Positions 37,201-49,200 of a DNA stretch of 64,000 nucleotides are shown here, piece after piece; the stretch's first letter is position 1, and the number at the start of each line of letters is the position of its first letter. The translations under genes were made by a program, and so were the position numbers. The notes under the pieces are model-generated. The model was not told the origin of the DNA and searched no databases. It saw only the letters and a list, made by a program, of their open reading frames with translations. This stretch comes from Malacoraja senta (Eukaryota), in assembly GCA_038087875.1 (NCBI GenBank), contig CM075979.1:45446001-45510000 (forward strand). The letters are read 5' to 3'.

Positions 37201-40200
37201 TTTTAATTTCGCTCTTATAGGGTCTTCGTCCTTTTTTGTTGTTACATTTTCTACACTTTTCTACACTTGCACTTTTTCCTTCACTTTCTTCTCTCTTTCA
37301 ATCTTTTCTTTCTCTAGTGTAAAAAAATAAATAAAGGGAGTACATTAATTGTAAGATGATATAAATGATGAGTATTAATGTATGTGGTTGTAATGTAATG
37401 TACTTCTAATAAATAAAAATTAAAAAAAAAAAAAAAAAAAAAAGAAAGGACAACCACTGTCCTATGTGAGTCGAGCATTGACACCAACCGAGCAGCGATA
37501 TGCTCGGATTGAGAAGGAGGCACTAGCAATAGTGTTTGCCCTCGAGCGCTTTCATCAGTACACCTACGGACAGTGAGTGATCGTGGAGAGTGACCACAAG
37601 TCGTTGGATGTCATCGTTAAAAAGCCTCTGCATAGAGCACCAAGACGTCTCCAGGGCATGATGATGACGATGCTACACTATGACATCGAGATCAAATGGG
37701 TAAAGGGAGCATACCTCCCTGACACCACAGGATCAACCAGATTCACTGATGGCAACGTAGTTGAGTCCTTGAGCATGGGAGAGGACAAGGTCAAACGTAT
37801 CCAAGCCCACACCAGGGAAGACGAAACGCTACAAACAGTTAAGATAGTAATCCAAAATGGATGGCCAGATCACAAGGCAGACGTCCCAGAGGCAGCACAA
37901 CCGTACTTCAATGTCAGAGACGGGTTGAGTGTGCAAGACGGCCTATTATTCAGAGGAGAGAGAGTTGTAATCCTTGTCACTCTACGTAGAGATATGAAGG
38001 AGACACACACTCTTTCGTTTCCTGCATAAAACTTTATAAATTTTGGAGTGATATTTTTGAAATATTTACAAAATTATTCAAGATAAAAATGGAACCTAAT
38101 ACTGAAATGATTATATTTGGAGTAATGGAAGATGGGAATAAATTGAACTCATCTCAAATTTATTTTAAAATTATGGTTTAATAATAGCAAAAAAACTACT
38201 TAAATTCTGGAAAATACCAATACCTATGCTTAAAATGTGGATTTCAAGCATGTTGGACACCGCACATCTTGAGGAAATGCGATTCCTCCTAATAGATAAA
38301 CCAGACCAATTCTTAACGAGTTGGTCTCCATTTGTCGTCTTTTTGGAATCATATGGTGCAACACAATTGTAGAAGCTAACTGTTCCAGGACGGTGAGGGA
38401 TGGTCAAGATTATAAATAATGATCTCCTTACTTTTCTTTTTTTATTTGCTACTCTCTTATTTCTATTTTCTTTTCTTCAATTTGCTTCTTTCACTATTTT
38501 TTTTCTTTTTCACACACTATATACCTCACGTTTTTCTATCTTTTATTATCTACTTTCTTTTACTTATTCTTCTTTATCATAATAAAACAAATAAGAAGCT
38601 GTACATAAAATGTTCGACAGGTACATGGACAGGTTTGGAGGGATATTGTGACAATATCCATGTAATTTTTGCGTATGAGCTGTACTCATTCTCGCACATG
38701 CTCAGTAAGTCAGTCAGAGTGACCTTTGACTTGGAAATAAATCATTCCTGTTTTTGATCCAGGGAAACCACCAGACGCGGGGAAGACTGTGAAACATTTG
38801 CAACCTCAGCTGACACAAAAAATACCAACACAACATGCATCACCAGAAAAAGATGCAACTCGTGAAACTCATAACAAAGAGAAATCGAAACAAAAACAAA
38901 GTGACACTAGAGAAGAAACTAGAAGTGATGCACAGAATGTACAGACTGAAAACAAGACACTTTTGAAAGAAACACCATCACAAAGACATGGGCAGGAAGA
39001 GCTGTCAGACCACCGGAGAGGTACGGCGAGTATGTCACGAAGTAATGTGTTTTGTTGCGATGTACCTACATGCTTATGAGTAGAAAGCATGTGAACATTA
39101 TTTTATGTTATTGAAATGTCACAAGTGTGACTATGATTGAAATTGTGAAATAAGATGGAACAGTTGTTTTATTTTGTTAAGTTAAACCATATTACTATGG
39201 TGTAATATTATGAAAAGTGTTTAAGTTTACTTTGTTTTGGATCGTTGGAAATGTAATCCCAAAATGTCAAAAAGGAAAGGATGTGACAATATCCATGTAA
39301 TTTATGCGTATGAGCTGTACTCATTCTCGCACATGCTCAGTAAATCAGTCAGTGACCTTTGACTTGGAAATAAATCATTCCTGTTTTTGATCACAACACG
39401 AGTGTGTGTGCAGCCATCTTTCTCTGTATATTATGTGCTAGTTTACTTATTTTGTAAGCAGACATATATCAAAACAGATATGGACCAAATCTGGGCAACT
39501 GGGACTAGCGTAGCTGGGACATGTTGGTCGACATGGGCAAGTTGGGCCGAAGGGTCTGTTTATACGCTGTATCACTCTATGACTCTATGACTCTAAGTGC
39601 ACTTGCCGAATTGTTTCAAATTATATTCCCTAGGTTGACAGAGAGACATTTTGTCCAGTGTGAATATCCCAGAAATGTTCATTCTGAAGTCTATTAAACA
39701 TTTGGCTTATAGCAGGGATGGGATCAGAGGAATTTTAATGTATAGAGAGATGTATTTAACTAAATAACAGTTGTACGTAACTTTTGCAGCAGCAACATGC
39801 AGATCTTTAGTCAGGTTAAGGCTTCTCTTTTGTGCTCTTAAATTATCGGTGGGAAACTACAAAAGTTCGAGACCTGTGATCCAGCTTCTCGGAATGTGTT
39901 GGGATACCTTATCTCAGGCAATGTTGGCATCATTACATGTGAGACTCCTTCTTGTGTTTTAATACAGCGCCGGATTCAGATGTCACCACAGGAAGTCCCG
40001 ATGAGGATGAAAATCAAGCAAGGAAACTGGAAAATCCAAGTGCAGTAAAACAGGAAGGTAATGTTTTTGCTGAAACATAGAACATAGGACAGTACAGCAC
40101 AGGAACAGGCCCTTCAACCCACAATGTCTGTGCTGAACATGATGCCAAGACCATCACTTATCTACCTGCACATAACCCATATCCCTATATTCCCAGCATA

Positions 40201-43200
40201 TCCGTGTGTCTATCCAAAAGCCTCTAAAACATCACTATCGTATCTGCCTCCACCAACACCCCTGGCGGCATGTTCCAGTCACCCACCACCCACTGTGTAT
40301 AAAACCTGCCCAGCACATAGTCATAGTCACAGAGTCATAGAGTGATACAGTGTGGAAACAGACCCTACAGCCCAACCTGCCCACACCGGCCAATACGTCC
40401 CAGCTACACAGAGAGGCCCGGGGAGCCGTTGGTGAGAGGAGGAGGAACCCAAATCTGCAGCGCTCCATCTCACTTCCAGAGAAGGGGTCTGGTGGAAGCC
40501 TCTGATTGGTGGAAGAGGACCAGAGGAAGCAGCCGATTGGGTGCAACCCCAGGTTTGCATTTCTGCTTTCAGGTTGAGGGTTCAGTGAGTTGAGGGTTCA
40601 GTGAGTTAAGGGGACAGTGAGTTAAGGGTTCTGTGAGTTAAGGGGACAGTGCTTTTTAGTAAAGGTACAGTTTTATAGGATAAAGATTTTTATAGTGTGA
40701 GGGAGTTGATTTAATTTGGGAGTAAGCTATGTCAGTGGAGATTGGCCCCGTGGTTTGCTCAGCCTGCAACATCTGGGAGATCAGGGATATGGTCGGTGTC
40801 CCTGGTGACTACGTTTGCAGGAAGTGTGTCCAGCTGCAGCTCCTGGCAGACCGCATTGAACGATTGGAGCTGCGGTTGGATTCATACTGGAGCATCCACG
40901 ATGCTGAGAAAGTCGTGAATAGTACGTACAGTGAGTTGGTCACACCGCAGGTAAAAGGTAAGAGGACAGAAAGGGAACAGGTGGCCAATAGCCAGCATAG
41001 CAGTAGGCAGGTAGTGCAGGAGTCCCCTGCGGTCATCTCCCTCCTAAACAGATATACCATTTTGGATACTGTTGGGGGAGATGGCTCATCAGGGGAAGGC
41101 AGCAGCAGCCAAGTTCATGGCACCATGGGTGGCTCTGCGGCAAAGGAGGGGAGGAAAAAGAGTGGAAGGGCAATAGTAATAGGGGATTCCATTGTAAGGG
41201 GAATAGATAGGCGTTTCTGCGGCCACAAACGAGACTCCAGGATGGTATGTTGCCTCCCTGGTGCAAGGGTCACGGATGTCACTGAACGGCTGCAGAACAT
41301 TCTGGAGGGGGAGGGTGAACAGCCAGTTGTCGTGGTGCACATTGGCACCAACGATATAGGTAAAAAAAGGGTTGAGGTCCTACAAGGTGAATTTAGGGAG
41401 CTAGGAGATAAACTTAAAAGTAGGACCTCAAAGGTAATAATCTCTGGATTACTACCAGTGCCACGGGCTAGTCAGAGTAGAAATAGGAGGATATTGCAGA
41501 TGAATACGTGGCTTGAAAAATGGTGCAAGGGGGAGGGATTCAAATTTTTAGGGCATTGGAACCAGTTCTGGGGGAGGTGGGACCAGTACAAACAGGACGG
41601 TCTGCACCTGGGCTGGAATGGAACCAATGTCCTTGGGGGAGTGTTTGCTAGTGCTGTCGGGGAGGATTTAAACTAATGTGGCAAGGGGATGGGTGCAACA
41701 GCAGAGAGGCAGAGGGGTGTAAAATGAGGGTAGAAGCAATAGGTAGCAAGGTGAAAAGTAAAAGTGGCAGGCAGACAAATCCAGGGCAAAAATCAAAAAG
41801 GGCCACTTTTCAACATAATTGTATAAGGGGTAAGAGTGTTGTAAAAACAAGCCTGAAGGCTTTGTATCTTAATGCAAGGAGCATTCGTAATAAGGTGGAT
41901 GAGTTGAATGTGCAGATAGTTATTACTGAATATGATATAGTTGGGATCACGGAGACATGGCTCCAGGGAGACCAAGGCTGGGAGCTGAACATCCAGGGAT
42001 ATTCAATATTCAGGAGGGATAGACAGAAAGGAAAAGGAGGCGGGGTAGCGTTGCTGGTTAGAGAGGAGATTAACGCAATAGAAAGGAAGGACATTAGCTT
42101 GGAGGATCTGGAATCGATATGGGTAGAGCTGCGAAGCACTAAGGGGCAGAAAACGCTAGTGGGAGTTGTGTACAGGCCACCTAACAGTAGTAGTGAAGTT
42201 GGGGATGGCATCAAACAGGAAATTAGAAATGAGTGCAACAAAGGTAAAACAATTATAATGGGTGACTTCAATCTACATATAGATTGGGTGAATCAAATTG
42301 GCAGGGGTGCTGAGGAAGAGGATTTCTTGGAATGTATGCAGGATAGTTTTCTAAACCAACATGTAGAGGAACCAACGAGAGAGCAGGCTATTCTAGACTG
42401 GGTATTGAGTAATGAGGAAGGGTTAGTTAGCAGTCTTGTTGTGCGTGGCCCCTTGGGCAAGAATGACCATAATATGGTTGAGTTCTTCATTAGGATGGAG
42501 AGTGACATTGTTAATTCAGAAACAAGGGCCCTGAACTTAAAGAAAGGTGACTTTGAGGGTATGAGACGTGAATTGGCCAAGATAGACTGGCAAATGATTC
42601 TTAAAGGGTTGACGGTGGATATGCAATGGAAGGCATTTAAAAACTACATGGATGAACTACAACAATTGTTCATCCCAGTTTGGCAAAAGAATAAATCGGG
42701 GAAGGTAGTGCATCCGTGGATAACAAGGGAAATCAGGGATAGTATCAAAACAAAAGATGAAGCGTACAAATTAGCCAGAAAAAACAGCCTACCAGAGGAC
42801 TGGGAGAAATTCAGAGTCCAGCAGAGGAGGACAAAAGGCTTAATTAGGAAAGGGAAAATAGATTATGAAAGAAAACTGGCAGGGAACATAAAAACTGACT
42901 GCAAAGGTTTTTATAGATATGTGAAGAGGAAAAGATTAGTTAAAACAAATGTAGGTCCCTTGCAGTCAGAAACAGGCAAATTGATCATGGGGAACAAGGA
43001 CATGGCAGACCAATTGAATAACTACTTTGGTTCTGTCTTCACTAAGGAAGACATAAATAATCTGCCGGAAATAGCAAGGGACCGGGGGTTAAATTAGATG
43101 GAGGAACTGAGTGAAATCCAGGTTAGCCGGGAAGTGCTGTTAGGTAAATTGAATGGATTAAAGGCCGATAAATCCCCAGGGCCAGATAAGTTGCATCCCA

Positions 43201-46200
43201 GAGTACTTAAGGAAGTAGCCGCAGAAATAGTGGATGCATTAGTGATAATTTTTCAAAACTTTTTAGATTCTGGAGTAGTTCCTGAGGACTGGAGGGTAGC
43301 TAATGTAACCCCACTTTTTAAAAAGGGAGGGAGAGAGAAAACAGGGAATTACAGACCAGTTAGTCTAACATCGGTGGTGGGGAAAATTTTTGAGTCAGTT
43401 ATTAAAGATGGGATAGCAGCACATTTGGAAAGTGGTGAATTCATTGGACAAAGTCAGCATGGATTTATGAAAGGTAAATCATGTCTGACAAATCTTATAG
43501 AATTTTTCGAGGATGTAACTAGTAGAGTGCATAAGGGAGCACCAGTGGATGTGTTATATCTGGACTTTCAGAAGGCTTTCGACAAGGTCCCACATAAGAG
43601 ATTAGTATGCAAACTTAAAGCACACAGTATTGGGGGTTCAGTATTGATGTGGATAGAGAACTGGCTGGCAGACAGGAAGCAAAGAGTAGGAGTAAACGGG
43701 TCCTTTTCAGAATGGCAGGCAGTGACTAGTGGGGTACCGCAAGGCTCAGTGCTGGGACCCCAGCTATTTACTATATATATTAATGATCTGGATGAGGGAA
43801 TTGAATGCAACATCTGCAAGTTTGCGGATGACACGAAGCTGGGGGGCAGTGTTAGCTGTGAGGAGGATGCTAGGAGGCTGCAAGGTGACTTGGATAGGTT
43901 GGGTGAGTGGGCAAATGCCTGGCAGATGCAGTATAATGTGGATAAATGTGAGGTTATCCACTTTGGTGGCAAAAACAGGAAAGTAGACTATTATCTGAAT
44001 GGTGGCCGATTAGGAAAAGGGGAGATGCAACGAGACCTGGGTGTCATGGTACACCAGTCATTGAAAGTAGGCATGCAGGTGCAGCAGGCAGTGAAGAAAG
44101 CAAATGGTATGTTAGCATTCATAGCAAAAGGATTTGAGTATAAGAGCAGGGAGGTTCCACTGCAGTTGTACAGGGGCTTGGTGAGGTCACACCTGGAGTA
44201 TTGCGTACAGTTTTGGTCTCCCAATCTGAGGAAAGACATTCTTGCCATAGAGGGAGTACAGAGAAGGTTCACCAGACTGATTCCTGGGATGGCAGGACTT
44301 TCATATGAAGAAAGACTGGATAGACTCGGCTTGTACATGCTAGAATTTAGAAGATTGATGGGGGATCTTATAGAAACTTACAAAATTCTTAAGGGGTTGG
44401 ACAGGCTAGATGCAGGAAGATTATTCCCGATGTTGGGGAAGTCCAGAACTAGGGGTCACAGTTTAAGGATAAGAGGGAAGTCTTTTAGGACCGAGATGAG
44501 AAAATCATTTTTTACACAGAGAGTGGTGAATCTGTGGAATTCTCTGCCACAGAAGGTAGTTGAGGCCAGTTCATTGGCTATATTTAAGAGGGAGTTAGAT
44601 GTGGCCCTTGTGGCTAAAGGGATCAGGGGATATGGAGAGAATGCAGGGATGGGATACTGAGTTGGATGATCAGCAGGCTCGAAGGGCCGAATGGCCTACT
44701 CCTGCACCTATTTTCTATGTTTTCTATGTTTCTATTACACTTGTCCCAGCTGCCAGCGCTTGTTCCATAATCCTCCAAACAAGTCCTATCCATTTACCTG
44801 TCTAACTGTTTCATAAATGTTGGGATAGTCCCTGCCTGAACTACCTCCTCTGGCAGCTTGTTCCATGCACCTACCTCCGTTTGTGTGAAAAAGTTACCCC
44901 TCAGATTCCAATTAAATCTTTTCCCCTTCACCTTAAACCTGGTCCTCGATTCACCTATTCTGAGCAAGAGACTTTGTGCATCTGTATATCTCCTTTAAAC
45001 ATTGCCATGCTCATCATAAAGCTGTGCCCTCAACCCTTAAAAGTGAAGTCAACCCTTAAATTGTGAAGTCAACACTTAAATTGAGAAATTTATCTCTTCT
45101 CTCACCAATCGCCAACAATCCCTCGTTTAAGCCGTCTATTTTAGACAAGGTGTTCACACATTGGGAAAGATTAGGAATTAAAAAACTGGGAGATCTTTAT
45201 GAGATCTTTATGACCCGGATGGTAGTTTGCCTCCCTGGTGCCAGGGTCTGGGATGTGTCTGAACGTGTCCAAGATATCCTGAAATGGGAGGGAGAGGAGA
45301 CCGAGCTTGTGGTACATATAGGTACCAATGACATAGGTAGAAAAAGGGAAGAGGTCCTGAAAGGAGAATTTAGGGAGTTAGGAAGAGAGTTAAGGAGAAG
45401 GACAGCAAAGGTAACAATCTCAGGATTACTGCCTGTGCCATGTGACAGTGAGAGTAGGAATGGAGCGAGGTGGAGGATAAATGCGTGGCTGAAGGACTGG
45501 TGCAGTGGGCAGGGATTCCAGTTTCTGGATCATCGGAACCTCTTTTGGGGAAGGTGTGACCTGTACAAAAAGGACGGGTTGCACTTGAACCCGAGGGGGA
45601 ACAATATCCTGGCGGGGAGATTTGCAAAGGCTACTGGGGAGACTTTAAACTAGAACGGTTGTGGGGAGGGACTTAAATAGAGAAAGATAGTAGACAGGGT
45701 GTGAGGCAGGAGGCAGAGAAGGGAAGCACTCAGATCCAACATGTAGGGGGGAAAGAAGAAAAAGATAATATACAGAGAATAAGAGGTGGTGGGTTTCTTA
45801 AATGTGTGAGCAGAGAGACAGAGGGGTGTAAAATGAGGGTAGAAACAATAGGTAGCAAGGTGAAAAGTAAAAGTGGGAGGCAGAAAAATCCAGGGCAAAA
45901 ATCAAAAATGACCATTTATCAACATAATTGTTTATGGGGTAAAAGAGTGTTGTAAAAACAAGCCTGAAGGCTTTGTGTCTCAATGCAAGGAGCATTCGTA
46001 ATATGGTGGATGAGTTGAATGTGCAGATAGCTATTAATGACTATGATGTAGTTGGGATCACGGAGACATGGCTCCAGGGTGACCAAGGCTGGGAGCTGAA
46101 CATCCAGGGATATTCAATATTCAGGAGGGATAGACAGAAAGGAAAAGGAGGTGGGGTAGCTTTGCTGGTTAGAGAGGAGATTAACGCAATAGAAAGGAAG

Positions 46201-49200
46201 GACATTAGCTTGGAGGATGTGGAATCGATATGGGTAGAGCTGCGAGACACTAAGGGGCAGAAAACGCTAGTGGGAGTTGTGTACAGGCCACCTAACAGTA
46301 GTAGTGGAGTTGTGGATGGCATCAAACAGGAAATTAGAAATGCGTGCAACAAAGGTAAAACGGTTATAATGGGTGACTTCAATCTACATATAGATTGGGT
46401 GAATCAAATTGGCAGGGGAGCTGAGGAAGAGAATTTCTTGAAATGTATGCGGGATAGTTTTCTAAATCAACATGTAGAGGAACCAACGAGAGAGCAGGCT
46501 ATTCTAGACTGGGTATTGAGTAATAAGGAAGGGTTAGTTAGCAGGCTTGTTGTGCGTGGCCCCTTGGGCAAGAGTGGCCATAATATGGTTGAGTTCTTCA
46601 TTAGGATGGAGAGTGACATAGTTAATTCAGAAACAAGGGTTCTGAACATAAAGAAAGGTAACTTTGAGGGTATGAGACGTGAATTGGCCAAGATAGACTG
46701 GCAATTGATTCTTAAAAGGTTGATGGTGGATATGCAATGGAAGGCATTTAAAGGCTGCATGGATGAACTACAACAATTATTCATCCCAGTTTGGCAAAAG
46801 AATAAATCAGGGAAGGTAGTACATCCATGGATAACAAGGGAAATCAGGGATAGTATCAAAACAAAAGATGAAGCATACAAATTAGCCAGAAAAAGCAGGC
46901 TACCAGAGGACTGGGAGAAATTCAGAGTCCAGCAGAGGAGGATAAAGAGTTTAATTAGGAACAGGAAAATAGATTATGAAAGAAAACTGGCAGGGAACAT
47001 AAAAACTGACTGCAAAAGTTTTTATAGATATGTCAAGAGAAAAAGATTAGTTAAAACAAATGTAGGTCCCTTGCAGTTAGAAACAGATGAACTGATCATG
47101 GGGAACAAGGACATGGCAGACCAATTGAATAACTACTTTGGTTCTGTCTTCACTAAGGAATACTTAATTAATCTGCCGGAAATAGCAGGGGACCGGGGGT
47201 CAAATGAGATGGAGGAACTGAGGGAAATCCAGGTTAGCCGGGAAGTGGTGTTAAGTAAATTGAATGGATTAAAGGCCGATAAATCCCCAGGGCCAGATAG
47301 GCTGCATCCCAGAGTAATTAAGGAAGTAGCCCCAGAAATAGTGGATGCATTAGTGATAATTTTTCAAAACTCTTTAGATTCTGGAGTATTTCCTGATGAT
47401 TGGAGGGGCGGGGGGGGGGGGGGGGGACGAGGGCAGGTATATCTCCACTTTTTTCCTCTTTTTTTTTCCCCTTTTCCTCTCTTATATCTTGATTCACTCT
47501 TTGACCACACTACTTTGGTAGTCTAGGGGTCCTATCTTTTCACCTTTCACTTTTTTCCTCTCTTGTTTTTTCTTTCCTCTTTTCCCTCATTTTCAGGTTA
47601 AAAACTAAAAAAAAACAAAAAACTGTGCCCTCTAGTATTTGTATCTCGTATCCTGAGAAAAAGGTTCTGACTGTCTACCCTATCTATGGCTCTTAGAATT
47701 TTATAAACTATCATGAAAATTCACAAAATGGCACATTATCTGTGTGCAACTCCACATATTCAAATTCAGTTGTTACTCTTTGTGTGCTCTGCTCTTTAAA
47801 ATCTTTTTTTCCACCTGCAAGTGTAGATCTTTTAAATCTTATTTTCTTCCTGTAAGTATAGAACTATATTCTGCACTTCATCTTCCCCTTTGACTTGATT
47901 GTATTTATGGCTGGTACACCTGATCTGGTGGGATTGCTGCAAAACGAAGCTTTTCACTGTACCTCGGTACATGTGACAATAATCAACCTGAAGCTAAACC
48001 ACATGATTTTACTAGAATAAAGATCTTCTGCCATGAGACACAAGTGCAGATGCTGAATTGTTTCAATCTATATTCCCTGGGTTGACAGAGAGGCATTTTG
48101 TCCAGTGTGAATATCCCAGAATTGTTCATTCTGAAGTCTAGTAAACATTTGGCTTGTAGCAGGGATGGGATAGTCATAGAGTCACAGAGTGATACAGTGT
48201 GGAAACAGGTACTTTGGCCCAACTTGCCCACACTGGTCAACATGTCCCAGCTACGCTAGTCCCAACTGCCTGCGCTTGGTCCCTATCCCTCCAAACTTGT
48301 CCTATCCATGTATCTGTCTAACAGTTTCTCAAACGATAGTAACAGCCTCAACTACCTCCTCTGGCAGCATGTTCCATACACCCACCACCCTTTGTATGAA
48401 AAAGTTATGCCACAGATTCCTATTAAATCTATTCCCCTTCACCTTAAACCTATGTACATAGAGTCCCAGCCTACTCAACCTCTGCTTATAGCTCTGACTC
48501 TCTACTACTGGCAACATCCTTGTAAATCTTCTATGTTCCCTTTCCAGCTTGACAACATCTTTTCTATAACACGGTGCCAAGAACTGAACACAATACTCTA
48601 AATGTGGCCTCACAAACGGCTTCTACAACCTCATCTTGTCTTCCCAACTTCTATACTCAATACTCCGGCTGATGAAGGCCAATGTGTCAAAAGTCGTGTA
48701 TGTTCTCATCCAAATCATTGATATAGATGACAAACAGTAACGGGCGCAGCACCGAACCCTGAGGCATACCACTAGTCACAGGTCTCCAGTCTGAGAAGCA
48801 ACCTTCCACCATCACCCTCTGCTTTCTTCCATGAAGCCAATTTGCTATCCATTCAGCTATCTCTCCTTGGATCCCATGCGATCTAACCTTCCAGAGCAGC
48901 CTACCATGCAAAACTATTTCGAATGCCTTTCTGAAATCCATGTAAGATCTGTGGAATTTTGATGTCTGGTGATGTATTTAACTAAATAACAATTGTACGT
49001 AACCTTTGCAGCAGCAACATGCAGATCTTTAGTCAGGTTAAGGTTTCTCTTTTGTGCTCCTAAAATGTTGGTGGGAATCTACAAAAGTTCGAGACCTGCG
49101 ATCCAGCTTCTCGGAATGTGTTGGGATACCTTATCTCAGGCAGTGTTGGCATTATTACATGTGAGACTCCTCTCGAAAGGTTACCTATCCATGTTCTCCA

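Larger units (their letters stand above)
32634..39476 (+). mobile_element. Ty3/Gypsy LTR retrotransposon (Mag-like), internally deleted and rearranged
   Basis: LTRs at 32634-32819 (3' end missing) and 39282-39476 (TG...CA), PPT at 39269-39281, 5-bp TSD GATAT. gag 32818-33327 ([14 protein letters not shown]...[11 protein letters not shown]). RNase H ([11 protein letters not shown] / [13 protein letters not shown] / DHKSL) is split by an L1. Confidence 0.9.
40410..44735 (+). mobile_element. Full-length CR1 LINE (4.3 kb)
   Basis: 5' UTR with a ~16-bp tandem repeat (40574-40650), ORF1, ORF2, (ctatgttt)n tail and TSD TACAC (40405-40409, 44736-44740). Confidence 0.93.

Noticed and set aside
37097-38757. 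Phe/Leu-rich TM-like ORFs
   Set aside because: Pyrimidine-rich L1 3' UTR sequence.
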